NCBI GenBank assembly: GCA_035566895.1
Contig: DATMQA010000007.1
Span: 54,395 to 118,394 of the forward strand
Reading direction: 5' to 3'
Origin: Candidatus Binatia bacterium
GTDB lineage: Bacteria; Verrucomicrobiota; Verrucomicrobiia; Limisphaerales; UBA8199
Length of the DNA: 64,000 bases
Both the position numbers and the translations under genes were made by a program. The notes beneath the pieces were generated by a model. The model was not told the origin of the DNA. It did no database searches and saw only the letters and a list, made by a program, of their open reading frames with translations. Of this stretch, positions 28,370 through 37,023 are shown one piece after another; the stretch's first letter is position 1; every line of letters begins with the position of its first letter.

Positions 28370-28556
28370 ATCCGGCGCTGATGATCCGTCAGGTCGTTAG
28401 GACCTCGGTAAACAGGGGTGATTTTGAGTTTTTGATCCGTCAGGTTATCCGTCATGTTATCCGTCAGCATCCGTCAGGACTCGGTAAACACGAGCGATTG
28501 TAAATCCGCAATCCGTCAGGACCCGGTAAACAGGGCTGTTTTTGATGTCCCAGGCA
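28370..28556 (+). repeat. modular repeat element, copy A (ATCCGTCAGG words plus three CGGTAAACA units, 14-nt terminal motif)
   Basis: ATCCGGCGCTGATG at 28370-28383. Five ATCCGTCAG words plus one ATCCGTCAT variant. Three units of the form word + CGGTAAACA + G-rich + T-run. It aligns with the reverse complement of 42581-42758 at about 75-80 percent identity by hand alignment. Confidence 0.85.
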
Positions 28557-28565
28557 GCTTCCCGG

Positions 28566-29276
28566 CTATTCCCACATCTTCACGCGGTTGGGGAGCCCTT
28601 GAGGCCGCTGGCAGCGCGCCGGTGCAGGGATGGGGCGCTGGCACTGCCAGCGGTTCTCACGCAGCAGCAGGAAGCCGAGCGAAGCCGCCAACAGCAGGCT
28701 CAGCACCGCCGGCTCAGGTACCTGTAGGAGCACCTCGGCGCCGTTACCACCCCCAACGCCACTGTAGAGGTACGAGGTGTCCACCTGGTAACCGGGATAG
28801 ATGGAAGAATTGCCTTCGACTATCGCTGGAGAATCGCTGCTGACAAATCCGAAACTGAGGGATTGGCCAGGATTCAACGGCGCACTGGAGGAGGTGAATT
28901 CAATGGAATAGTCGTAGTAATAATAGTAGTTATAGTAGTAACCGGTGATCACGGAAGCCCCCCATCCTGCCGGCGCTTGAGTGCTGGTCGGGGACGAGGG
29001 CAGGAAATTGTCGCCGTTGGGCAGCCAGGCAAACCAAAAAGTCTCAATCGGACTGGTCGAAGAACCCGAATTGTTCAGCGTAATGGTGTAATCGTAAAGA
29101 CCGCCCCCAGCCGGTTGACTGCTGATCTGAGCGCTGGCGCTAATGCCTTGTGCCGGGAGCATGTCGGCCACGCCAAGAACACACCAAAGCAAACAAGCCG
29201 TTTTGAGCGCAGTTAAAAGCGTCCGGCCCTTGCTGGGCCGGGGGCCAATCGGGGTGTTTTTCGCTGTCTTTTTCAT
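28566..29276 (-). CDS. PEP-CTERM domain protein with a poly-Tyr tract
   Basis: Signal peptide, GYYYNYYYYYDYS tract, and C-terminal VPEPAVLSLLLAASLGFLLLR (PEP motif + TM + Arg). About 30 further residues follow the sorting signal. Confidence 0.75.
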   Translation of the reverse strand: MKKTAKNTPIGPRPSKGRTLLTALKTACLLWCVLGVADMLPAQGISASAQISSQPAGGGLYDYTITLNNSGSSTSPIETFWFAWLPNGDNFLPSSPTSTQAPAGWGASVITGYYYNYYYYYDYSIEFTSSSAPLNPGQSLSFGFVSSDSPAIVEGNSSIYPGYQVDTSYLYSGVGGGNGAEVLLQVPEPAVLSLLLAASLGFLLLRENRWQCQRPIPAPARCQRPQGLPNRVKMWE

Positions 29277-29449
29277 GGTTTCCAGTCTGCTTTGCATCAC
29301 GACAAAGCGGGTACTTCTACGTATGAGGGCCGACGCAGGATATTTGTTCCCCGGACAATTTTAAAACACGCCCCGCCCGCCGTCCCTTGCCAACGCGCCG
29401 TTTCATCTTGTTTGACCCGGTGGCTGCCTCCCCCCACCATCCCCCGCAC

Positions 29450-30382
29450 ATGGCGCCCTCAGTTGTCATCGAAACGCAAGCCTTGACCAAAGTCTTTGGC
29501 CCGCAGCGCGCCCTGGACGCGGTCAACCTCCAGGTGGCGCCCGGGGCGGTCGGGTTGCTGGGGCCCAACGGCGCCGGCAAGAGCACCTTCATGAAATGCC
29601 TCCTCCAGCTCCTGCCGATTACTTCCGGCTCCGCCCGGCTCCTGGGACGCGAGGTCGGCCGCGAAGGCCGCGAGATTCGTAAGCGCGTCGGCTACACGCC
29701 CGAGCAGGACTGCCACATCCCCGGCATGGCCGGTTGCGAGTATGTCACCTACTGCGCCCAGTTATGCGGTCTGCCCTTCCAGGCGGCCCGCCAGCGCGCG
29801 CATGAAATGCTCGATTTCGTCGGCATGGGCCAGGAGCGCTACCGCAAAGCGGATACCTATTCCACTGGCATGAAGCAACGCCTCAAGCTGGCCCAGGCAA
29901 TCGTTCACGACCCCGAAATCGTTTTTCTCGATGAACCGACCAACGGCCTCGACCCCAAAGGCCAGGCGCAAATCCTCGAATTGATTCAAAGCCTCTGGAA
30001 GACCTTTGGCATTACCGTCGTCCTCTCCTCCCACCTGCTCCAGGATGTGGACCGCATCTGCGAACAGATCATTATCATCGCCCGCGGTCGCGTGCTGGTC
30101 CACGATACCCTGGAGAACCTCAAGGCGCGCAAGCGTGGTGCCGCCGAGGTGGTCCTGGCCGTCAGCCCGGCGCCGCTGCAAGCGGCCTGCGCCCGGCGCC
30201 AATGGCCGTGCGAGCTGCTGGTCAACGGCCATGTTCGCGTCGAACACAAAGCCGAATCGCTCAACCCGCTGCTGAGCCTCCTGCATGAATTGAAACTGGC
30301 CCCGCTGGAGCTCATTCCCAGCCCTAACGCGCTCGAAGAAACCTTCGTGCAAGCCCTGGAGATTTCCCATGCCGCTGCATGA
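29450..30382 (+). CDS. ABC transporter ATP-binding protein
   Basis: Walker A GPNGAGKST, signature YSTGMKQRL and Walker B IVFLDEPTNGLD. The start is taken at ATG 29450. Confidence 0.9.
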   Translation: MAPSVVIETQALTKVFGPQRALDAVNLQVAPGAVGLLGPNGAGKSTFMKCLLQLLPITSGSARLLGREVGREGREIRKRVGYTPEQDCHIPGMAGCEYVTYCAQLCGLPFQAARQRAHEMLDFVGMGQERYRKADTYSTGMKQRLKLAQAIVHDPEIVFLDEPTNGLDPKGQAQILELIQSLWKTFGITVVLSSHLLQDVDRICEQIIIIARGRVLVHDTLENLKARKRGAAEVVLAVSPAPLQAACARRQWPCELLVNGHVRVEHKAESLNPLLSLLHELKLAPLELIPSPNALEETFVQALEISHAAA

Positions 30383-31439
30383 TACCAGTTACCAGCACTG
30401 GGAGGGCGTCCACTGCGGCTTATGGCATCGCCGTTGGGTCATCGCCCGAAACGGCGTCGCCACTTGTCTCCAAAACAAGTGGATGCGCCACCTCGTGGTC
30501 TTGTGCTGGGTCGGCGGTTTGGTCATGACGGCCCTGCTGTTCCTGGTCGGCCAGCTCCTGGTCGCCGATAGCATCGTCGTCCTGTGGGTGGGCAACTTGA
30601 ATCCGAACCTTCAGAGCTTCGCCCGCATGCTGACCACCTGGCTCGAGCAGCACCCCGAGGTCTCTGTGCGCACGACTCAGGACGTGCTGTTCTTTTACTT
30701 TGCGACTTTGCTGATGCCCATGAGCATCTTCGCCCTGGGCATGGCCCTCCCGCTGCTCATCACCCGCGACCTGGCCAGCAACGCCATCATCATCTACTCC
30801 TCCAAGGCCGTCAGCCGCGGCGATTACTTGCTCGGCAAATTCGCCACCGCGTTTGGTTTGCTGGCGCTGACCTGGCTGGGGCCGGTCTGCGCGGCGTGGT
30901 TGGTCGGCAATCTTCTGGCGCCCGATTGGCGCTTTTTCTGGCATGCCCGCGTAGCGCTCGGGCACGCCCTGGTTTACGGCCTCACCAGCATGTGCCTTTT
31001 AAGCGTGCTCGCCATGGGTGTTTCCGCCCTCTCCAGTAAGGAAAAAACTACGCCCGCGTTCTGGTTTATGTACGATTTCCGTACCGGCCATAAACCAGTA
31101 ACCTCGATGACTGCGCGTGGCTTTGTACACCTCCCTCGGATGGATGGGTGGGTCCTCGGCGGCATCGTCGCCAACATTGCCGCGCACACTCAGCCGTGGC
31201 TGCGGCACGTGAGCTTCACCTTTAACCTCGACCAGGTCGCCCTGGCGGTCTTTCGCCTCGGCGATGACCTCAAGATCGCCCAGGATAATGTTCCGATCTT
31301 TGGCAACATGCTGCGCAACATCCGGCCCGAAACCATGACCGCGCTCAATTCGCCGGCCCTCACCGGCGCGTTGCTGGGCCTGTTGTGCATGGCCGCCGCG
31401 GCTGCCCTGCTGCTGCGCAACCGCGTCAAACCCGAATGA
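30369..31439 (+). CDS. ABC-2-type transporter permease-like membrane protein
   Basis: Multi-TM ORF that overlaps both flanking ATPase genes (operon). Confidence 0.65.
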   Translation: MPLHDTSYQHWEGVHCGLWHRRWVIARNGVATCLQNKWMRHLVVLCWVGGLVMTALLFLVGQLLVADSIVVLWVGNLNPNLQSFARMLTTWLEQHPEVSVRTTQDVLFFYFATLLMPMSIFALGMALPLLITRDLASNAIIIYSSKAVSRGDYLLGKFATAFGLLALTWLGPVCAAWLVGNLLAPDWRFFWHARVALGHALVYGLTSMCLLSVLAMGVSALSSKEKTTPAFWFMYDFRTGHKPVTSMTARGFVHLPRMDGWVLGGIVANIAAHTQPWLRHVSFTFNLDQVALAVFRLGDDLKIAQDNVPIFGNMLRNIRPETMTALNSPALTGALLGLLCMAAAAALLLRNRVKPE

Positions 31440-32362
31440 CCCCCGTCGTCCAGGCCGAGGAATTAAGCCGCTGGTATGGCATTGTCATGGGACTCAACAA
31501 TGTCAGCTTCACCATCGCGCCCGGACTGACCGGCCTGGTCGGGCCCAACGGCGCGGGCAAAAGCACGCTCATCCAGATTATCACCGGCCAGCTCCAGCCC
31601 AGCTCAGGCACCTTGACCGTTTTAGGCCAAGTGCCCTGGAACAACCCACGGCTCATTCAGAGCATCGGCTATTGTCCCGAGCGCGAGGCGGTGCCCAAAG
31701 ACCTGCGCCCGTTGGAATGGCTGGGCGGCCTGGCCTTGCTCTCGGGATTGAGCGGCGCCGCCGCGGCCGGCCGTTGCGAAACCGTCCTGGACAAGGTCGG
31801 CCTCCCGCGCGAGCACTGGTCCAAATCCATGGGCCAGTATTCCAAAGGCATGAAACAGCGCGTCAAACTGGCCCAGGGCCTCTTGCACGGACCCGACCTG
31901 CTCGTGCTCGACGAACCCATGAACGGGTTGGACCCGATGGGCCGCCAGGAAATCGCCAACATTTTGAAAAACCTCGCCGCCGGCGGCGTGAGCATCCTCA
32001 TCTCCAGCCACATCCTTGCCGAGCTCGAATCGCTTTGCCAGGACATCCTCATCCTCAACTGGGGCCGCATCCTGGCCTCGGGCTCGCAGCGGGAAATCCG
32101 CACCGACCTCAAGAATTGGTCGGAGGAATTGTCCATCCAATGCGACGCCCCGGAAAAACTCGCCCGCTGCCTCTTTGACGCCGGCGTCTTGCTCGGGTTC
32201 GACGTCGGCCCCGAGGAAGACTCGCTCCACATCCGGGTCAAGGACGCCACTGCCTTTTACGCGCGCTGGACCGGTTTGCTGCTCGAAAGCGGCGTGACCG
32301 TGCAGGCGATCCGCAGCCAGAGCCGCTCGTTAAAAAACATTTTCGACAAGGTCACCTCATGA
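31436..32362 (+). CDS. ABC transporter ATP-binding protein (second)
   Basis: GPNGAGKST, YSKGMKQRVKLAQ and LLVLDEPMNGLD. ATGA overlap with the upstream gene. Confidence 0.9.
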   Translation: MTPVVQAEELSRWYGIVMGLNNVSFTIAPGLTGLVGPNGAGKSTLIQIITGQLQPSSGTLTVLGQVPWNNPRLIQSIGYCPEREAVPKDLRPLEWLGGLALLSGLSGAAAAGRCETVLDKVGLPREHWSKSMGQYSKGMKQRVKLAQGLLHGPDLLVLDEPMNGLDPMGRQEIANILKNLAAGGVSILISSHILAELESLCQDILILNWGRILASGSQREIRTDLKNWSEELSIQCDAPEKLARCLFDAGVLLGFDVGPEEDSLHIRVKDATAFYARWTGLLLESGVTVQAIRSQSRSLKNIFDKVTS

Positions 32363-33531
32363 CCGTTTCGCCGAACAGCCTCCAGATGCCGCCACCGCTG
32401 CCGGTCGCGCTCGGCAAGCCCCCCGAAGCGCAACCCACGTTCCAGGGCGCGTTGCGCGGCATTTGGCTCTTTACCTGGCGGCCGCAATTGGCCTGGCGGC
32501 GCCTGCCCATCCATTTGCTCGGATTGCTGGTTCTGCCGGCCCTGGTTTATCTCACCGTGCCTTCGGCCGCGCGCTGGTCCGCGCGCCGGGAACCGCTCAT
32601 TGCGCCCCGCGCCCAGGTCAACGAGTTCAGCCGCCGCGCGGCCCGCGCCGGCCATGAGCTCACGTCCGAACAACGCGGCGACCTGCTGCAGATTTTCAGC
32701 GAAGAAACCGCGCGCCTGGACACGCCTTCGAGCGATACGCTTTCCGGCGAAGCCGCCGCCGCGCGCCGGCGCCAGGAAATCAAAGCCGCTTATGACCGCA
32801 TCCAGCACCGCGCCCAGGACGGCCTGGATGACGCCCAATTCGCGCAATTCAAGACCTTTGCCGGCCACGCCAGTTTGTTGGCCCAGCAAAAAGTCAGGCC
32901 CACCTGGGGGCGCACCGAGCCTTTTTACCATTGGCTGGTGGACCTCTACTTTTTCGTGACCCTGCCGCTCCAATGCGTGCGCGCTTGCGGCGGCCTCATC
33001 CGCGATGAATTGCAGGCCGACACGCTGGGCTTCCTCCTCACGCGCCCCCTGAGCCGCGCGCGCTTGCTGGTCCTGAAATACATCGCGCAAACCACGTGGC
33101 TCCAGGCCACGCTGCTGCTCGAAACCCTGCTGCTGTTCGCCGTCGCCGGTTTCCGCCAGCTCCCCGGTGTCGCCAGCCTGCTGCCGCTCTTCCTCGGCGC
33201 CCAACTCCTGGCGGTGCCGGCCTGGAGCGCCCTCGGCGTCTTCCTGGGCCAGCTTACCAAACGCTACATGCCCCTGGCCCTGATTTATGGGCTCATCGTC
33301 GAAATGGGCATCGGCCGCATCCCCACGAATATCAATACCCTCTCCTTGATGCGCCATCTCAAGACCCTGCTGGCCCACGATTCCGGCCTGCAGAGCATCT
33401 ACGAATGGCCGGCTCAAGGCGTGCCGCTGGCAATCGGCTCGCTCCTGTTTGCCGCCGCCCTGTTCCTCACCGTCGCCGCCCTCCTGTTCACCTTCAAAGA
33501 ATACCACCACACCGCCGAGATGCAGAAGTGA
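32359..33531 (+). CDS. membrane protein, putative second permease of the ABC system
   Basis: ATGA overlap with the ATPase. It has an N-terminal TM, a large soluble loop and then about five TM helices. Confidence 0.6.
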   Translation: MTVSPNSLQMPPPLPVALGKPPEAQPTFQGALRGIWLFTWRPQLAWRRLPIHLLGLLVLPALVYLTVPSAARWSARREPLIAPRAQVNEFSRRAARAGHELTSEQRGDLLQIFSEETARLDTPSSDTLSGEAAAARRRQEIKAAYDRIQHRAQDGLDDAQFAQFKTFAGHASLLAQQKVRPTWGRTEPFYHWLVDLYFFVTLPLQCVRACGGLIRDELQADTLGFLLTRPLSRARLLVLKYIAQTTWLQATLLLETLLLFAVAGFRQLPGVASLLPLFLGAQLLAVPAWSALGVFLGQLTKRYMPLALIYGLIVEMGIGRIPTNINTLSLMRHLKTLLAHDSGLQSIYEWPAQGVPLAIGSLLFAAALFLTVAALLFTFKEYHHTAEMQK

Positions 33532-33558
33532 GGGGTGGGTTAAAAAGCCCAACTCCTG

Positions 33559-34155
33559 TCAGGTCATATACGGGGCTCGCATGGCGCGGGAGCGCATGCG
33601 GTTGGCTTCGGGATCACCGGGAAACTCGGCCTTGCTTAGATCGAACTTGAGGTTTCGCTTTAGCTGCTCGCAGATGTCGGCAGCCAGGCAGATGTTCATG
33701 GCGCGACGCATGACTTCAGGATTCGCCACCGTGAGCCGGCGCGACCGGATCGAGTCGAGGAAATCCCGCACGTGGTTCAGCGGGCGTTGTGTCCGGGCGG
33801 TGTAGTCGGCCAGCACTTTTTTGTATTCCTGCAACAGCGCCGGCGATGAGACATCTGGCCCTGAATAGCCGTCGGCGGCGGCGACCCATCCTTCCGGACC
33901 GTCGAATCGCTCACCACAAGCGCCATGCCAGAACTTGCACGGTTCCCAAACCGAGCCGGGAGAGCGGAACAGAACCAGGTTTACGCCGTTGGACAACCGC
34001 GTCACCATCGACGCGTCCGGTCCCTCATACTCGAACTGGATAAAGGACACATTCGTCATATCGAGTCCGGCAAGGGCTTGGGTAACTGAGTGCGCGCCCC
34101 ACATCGCGACGTCGGTAGCGAAATCATAATAGTGATACCACCCTGCTCCGTTCAA
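33559..34155 (-). pseudogene. C-terminal half of a Gfo/Idh/MocA oxidoreductase, lacking the Rossmann domain
   Basis: YHYYDFATDVAMWGAHSV...NHVRDFLDSIRSRR...NICLAADICEQLKRNLKFDLSKAEFPGDPEANRM parallels the C-terminal half of the intact paralog at 14819..16144. The frame opens directly at the stop codon of the LRR gene (34156-34158). Confidence 0.6.
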
Positions 34156-37023
34156 TCAAGGAACCGCTTTCAGCCGGTAAAAGGTCTGCGCCGAACCCGC
34201 GGCCGTCCCGTCGGTCCAGTCTGTGACCCCCGTTGTATTCGCAACCTGGCCAAGAGAACTCCATTCGCCGAGAACGGTCGAGGCTTGCACTTCCAGGCGC
34301 AACCCAGGCGGGCCATGCAGCCGAAGGCGCGGCGCGCCATTCATCGGCGAGACGGGCGGCTCGATCCAAACGGAAGAAAGCGGGACTTCGCGCAGCCTGT
34401 AGAAACGAGCGCCGGAAGAGGCTCCCGCATCTACAAACGTCCGCAATACCGTCGGGTTCGCTATCACCGCCAGCGTGGACCACTCCCCCAGGTTCGTCGA
34501 AACCATCACCGCAAAGAGCCGGCCCGGCATCCCGTGGAGAATCAGCCCGCACTGCCCGTTCCCCGGCCGCCCATCCAACTCCAGCCAGCTTTGGACCGGC
34601 AGCGGCTGTTGCGACTCGGCATAGACGTAAACCCCGCGGTTGGTCAGCGCCTGGAGCAGGCTGAGGTTCGGCGACCCGAGGTTCAAACTCAAATAATTCC
34701 CATTGAGGTTCACGTACGAATTCGATACAACCGCCGGCAGGGTCGCAAGATCGGTAAGCAGATTCCCGCTCACATCGAGGACTTGGATATTTGTCAGGTT
34801 CGCTAGCGCAGAAAGGTTGCTCAGCCAATCGCTTGCCAGGCCAACGGATGAGAGCCGTTGAAGTCCAGCCAGCCCAGCCAGGCTCGAGAGCCGGCAACCA
34901 TTCATGGTCAGGGAGGTCAGATTGGTCAGGCCGGCCAGTCCGTCGCAGTTCGTTACCGGGTTGTCGGACACGTCCAGAGTGTAGAGTGACCACAACCCAC
35001 CCAGTGGACTCAAATCAGAGATGTGGTTTTGACTAAGATGCAGGTAATAGAGTTGGTGCAGTCCGGACAGGCAATCGGCGTTCGTCAGCGACGCCCCCTC
35101 CAGCATCAGCTCTGTCAGATTGGTAAGCTCGCTTAAGGGCGCACAGTTGCCGATGGGCACGAGAGTGAGGTTCAGGTAAGACAAGCTGGTCAAACCCGCT
35201 AGCGGCGAAATATCTCTCAAGGGAGTGCCGGTCAGGTTCAAGTTCTGGAGGCGAGTGAGGTTGCTCAATGCCGCTATATTCGTCACGGCCGTGTAATCGA
35301 GATCGAGCGAGAACAGATTGGTCATCGACGACAACCCCGCGCAATTGAAGATCGGATTCTGGGACAGGGTCAAGTAGTTCAGGTTCGTCAAACCGGATAA
35401 GGGCGTTAGGTCGCTGAGTTGGTCCCCGTACAGGCGCGCATAGTTCAACCGGCTCATTCCGGCGAGGCACGCCGCGTCCATGGTGCCGGCATTGTCCGCG
35501 ATCAGAGTCTGGAGATTCGTCAGGCCGCCCAGGCCGGAGCAGTTGGTGATGGTGTTTTGGCTTACCGTCAGAGAAGTCAGGCCGCCCAAACCGGCCAGTG
35601 GCCCGAGATCCCCGATGCGGTTTCCGTAAAGGTTAAGGCTGCTCAGTTGGGTTAACCCTGCGAGCCCAACGATGTTCGAGAGCAAGGTTGAATTAAGGCT
35701 CAGGTTCACCAGGTTCGTCAGCCCAGCCAGCGCCGCGCAAGTGCCAACGGGATTATCGTCGGCCATCAGCGTTTGCAGCAGCGTTGCTCCCGCCAGCGGA
35801 CCAAAGTCGCCTATGTTTTGACCCGATAAGCTCAAAGCCGTGAGTTGGCTCATGCCCGCCAGGCAGTCGATATTGGTAAGCGCCGGCACAGGCGGAGGTC
35901 CTCCTGGCCGAATGATGGTGGGAAAGGCGTAGGCGTGGGTCAGATCCAGGTTTGTCAGCCCGGTCATCCCAGCAAGCGCCGAACAATCTTGCAGGAGGTT
36001 CCCATTGAGGATGAGGTTCTGTAAATTCGTCATTCCCGCCAGGGGTGACACATCCCAGACTGCCCTCCCGGTCAGGTTCAGGGAAATGAGCCTGGTCAGC
36101 CCGGAAAGGCTCCCCAGCGCGAAAGCCTTCGAGGGGTCGGCTGATTGCGGGCCCAGCAGCACGGGGGCTCTGCCATACGCGTTCAAATTGAGGTCGCTCA
36201 GGTTGGTCAACCCCGCCAGGGGCGCGCAATTTGTAATCGCGCTCCCGGCCAGATTGAGCATTTCCAGGCGGAACAGCCCCGCCAGCGGGAAGAAGTTGGT
36301 TATTCCATTGTATCGCAGGTCTAGCCACCGCAGTTCGCCCAACGCGGCAATCCAATCGAGGTTCGTTATCTGACACCCACCGAGGCCGAGATTCGTCAGG
36401 TTGACCAGGTTGGCCAGGGCGGTGCCGGTTGTAATCGGATTGCCGCTAAGGTCCAGGGATTGCAAACGGCTCAACTGCTGGAGCGGAGCGACGTTGGTCA
36501 CCTCCGTGCCCGCGAGACCCAGGCGGACCAGCGCTTGCAGGTTTGACAGGCAACTCGGATCCTCCAAAGGGGCCGCACGACCGAAGCGGGGCAAAATCGG
36601 CAGGATCGGGTATCCTAAAAGCTGAGCACCATACGGGTCCTTCAGGTCCAAACTTGTCAGGTTTGTCAATCCCGACAACGGAGTGTAGTTCGTTGTCGCA
36701 TTTCCGCTGAGGTTCAGGTTCGTCAGCCCTGTCAGTCCCGTTAGTGGCGCAAGGTCCCCCGCCGAATCGTTGCTTAAGCTCAGGCTTCCCAGATTTCTTG
36801 CCCACTCCAAGCCGGACAAACTCCTGATCCCGAGATTCGAACCGTCCAGACCGGTCAATAGGTTCAGGTCATTCGTGGTGAGGACCCCGGTCGGCTTGTT
36901 CAGCGCCGCCCGGACCGCCGATTCAAGCCTCCCATCCGCAAACTGCACCTGCGCCTGCCCCAAAGCCGTGCCGGCCATCCCGGCCAGAAAAGACAAAACC
37001 AACACGCGGCTCAAAGTTTTCAT
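34156..37023 (-). CDS. secreted leucine-rich-repeat protein with two tandem C-terminal FYR-P modules
   Basis: Signal peptide, then about 30 LRR units (L.GLTNLT.L.L..N.I.D..PLAGL), then ...ARFYRLREVP and ...QTFYRLKAVP-stop. Confidence 0.85.
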   Translation of the reverse strand: MKTLSRVLVLSFLAGMAGTALGQAQVQFADGRLESAVRAALNKPTGVLTTNDLNLLTGLDGSNLGIRSLSGLEWARNLGSLSLSNDSAGDLAPLTGLTGLTNLNLSGNATTNYTPLSGLTNLTSLDLKDPYGAQLLGYPILPILPRFGRAAPLEDPSCLSNLQALVRLGLAGTEVTNVAPLQQLSRLQSLDLSGNPITTGTALANLVNLTNLGLGGCQITNLDWIAALGELRWLDLRYNGITNFFPLAGLFRLEMLNLAGSAITNCAPLAGLTNLSDLNLNAYGRAPVLLGPQSADPSKAFALGSLSGLTRLISLNLTGRAVWDVSPLAGMTNLQNLILNGNLLQDCSALAGMTGLTNLDLTHAYAFPTIIRPGGPPPVPALTNIDCLAGMSQLTALSLSGQNIGDFGPLAGATLLQTLMADDNPVGTCAALAGLTNLVNLSLNSTLLSNIVGLAGLTQLSSLNLYGNRIGDLGPLAGLGGLTSLTVSQNTITNCSGLGGLTNLQTLIADNAGTMDAACLAGMSRLNYARLYGDQLSDLTPLSGLTNLNYLTLSQNPIFNCAGLSSMTNLFSLDLDYTAVTNIAALSNLTRLQNLNLTGTPLRDISPLAGLTSLSYLNLTLVPIGNCAPLSELTNLTELMLEGASLTNADCLSGLHQLYYLHLSQNHISDLSPLGGLWSLYTLDVSDNPVTNCDGLAGLTNLTSLTMNGCRLSSLAGLAGLQRLSSVGLASDWLSNLSALANLTNIQVLDVSGNLLTDLATLPAVVSNSYVNLNGNYLSLNLGSPNLSLLQALTNRGVYVYAESQQPLPVQSWLELDGRPGNGQCGLILHGMPGRLFAVMVSTNLGEWSTLAVIANPTVLRTFVDAGASSGARFYRLREVPLSSVWIEPPVSPMNGAPRLRLHGPPGLRLEVQASTVLGEWSSLGQVANTTGVTDWTDGTAAGSAQTFYRLKAVP

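Noticed and set aside
28219-28470. 83-aa ORF with repeated LTD tripeptides (MLTDNMTDNLTDQ...)
   Set aside because: The LTD repeats are just the translation of the ATCCGTCAG DNA word array of repeat element A. The partner element B has a different word, so no protein is conserved.
28430-28475. TTATCCGTCA words as DnaA boxes or a replication origin
   Set aside because: The words resemble TTATCCACA only in the first six bases. No dnaA, dnaN or other origin-linked genes are nearby, and the partner element uses a different word.
28370-28556. Possibility that the short repeat arrays (here, 37.36-38.10 kb and 42.57-43.06 kb) are CRISPR arrays
   Set aside because: The units are 7-11 bp words with no unique spacers of 25-40 bp, there are no 24-40 bp repeats, and no cas genes are in the window.
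32257-33552. 431-aa minus-strand ORF opposite the second ABC permease
   Set aside because: The composition is Gly/Arg/Ala/Glu-rich with no TM or domain features. The plus-strand gene is translationally coupled to the ABC operon.
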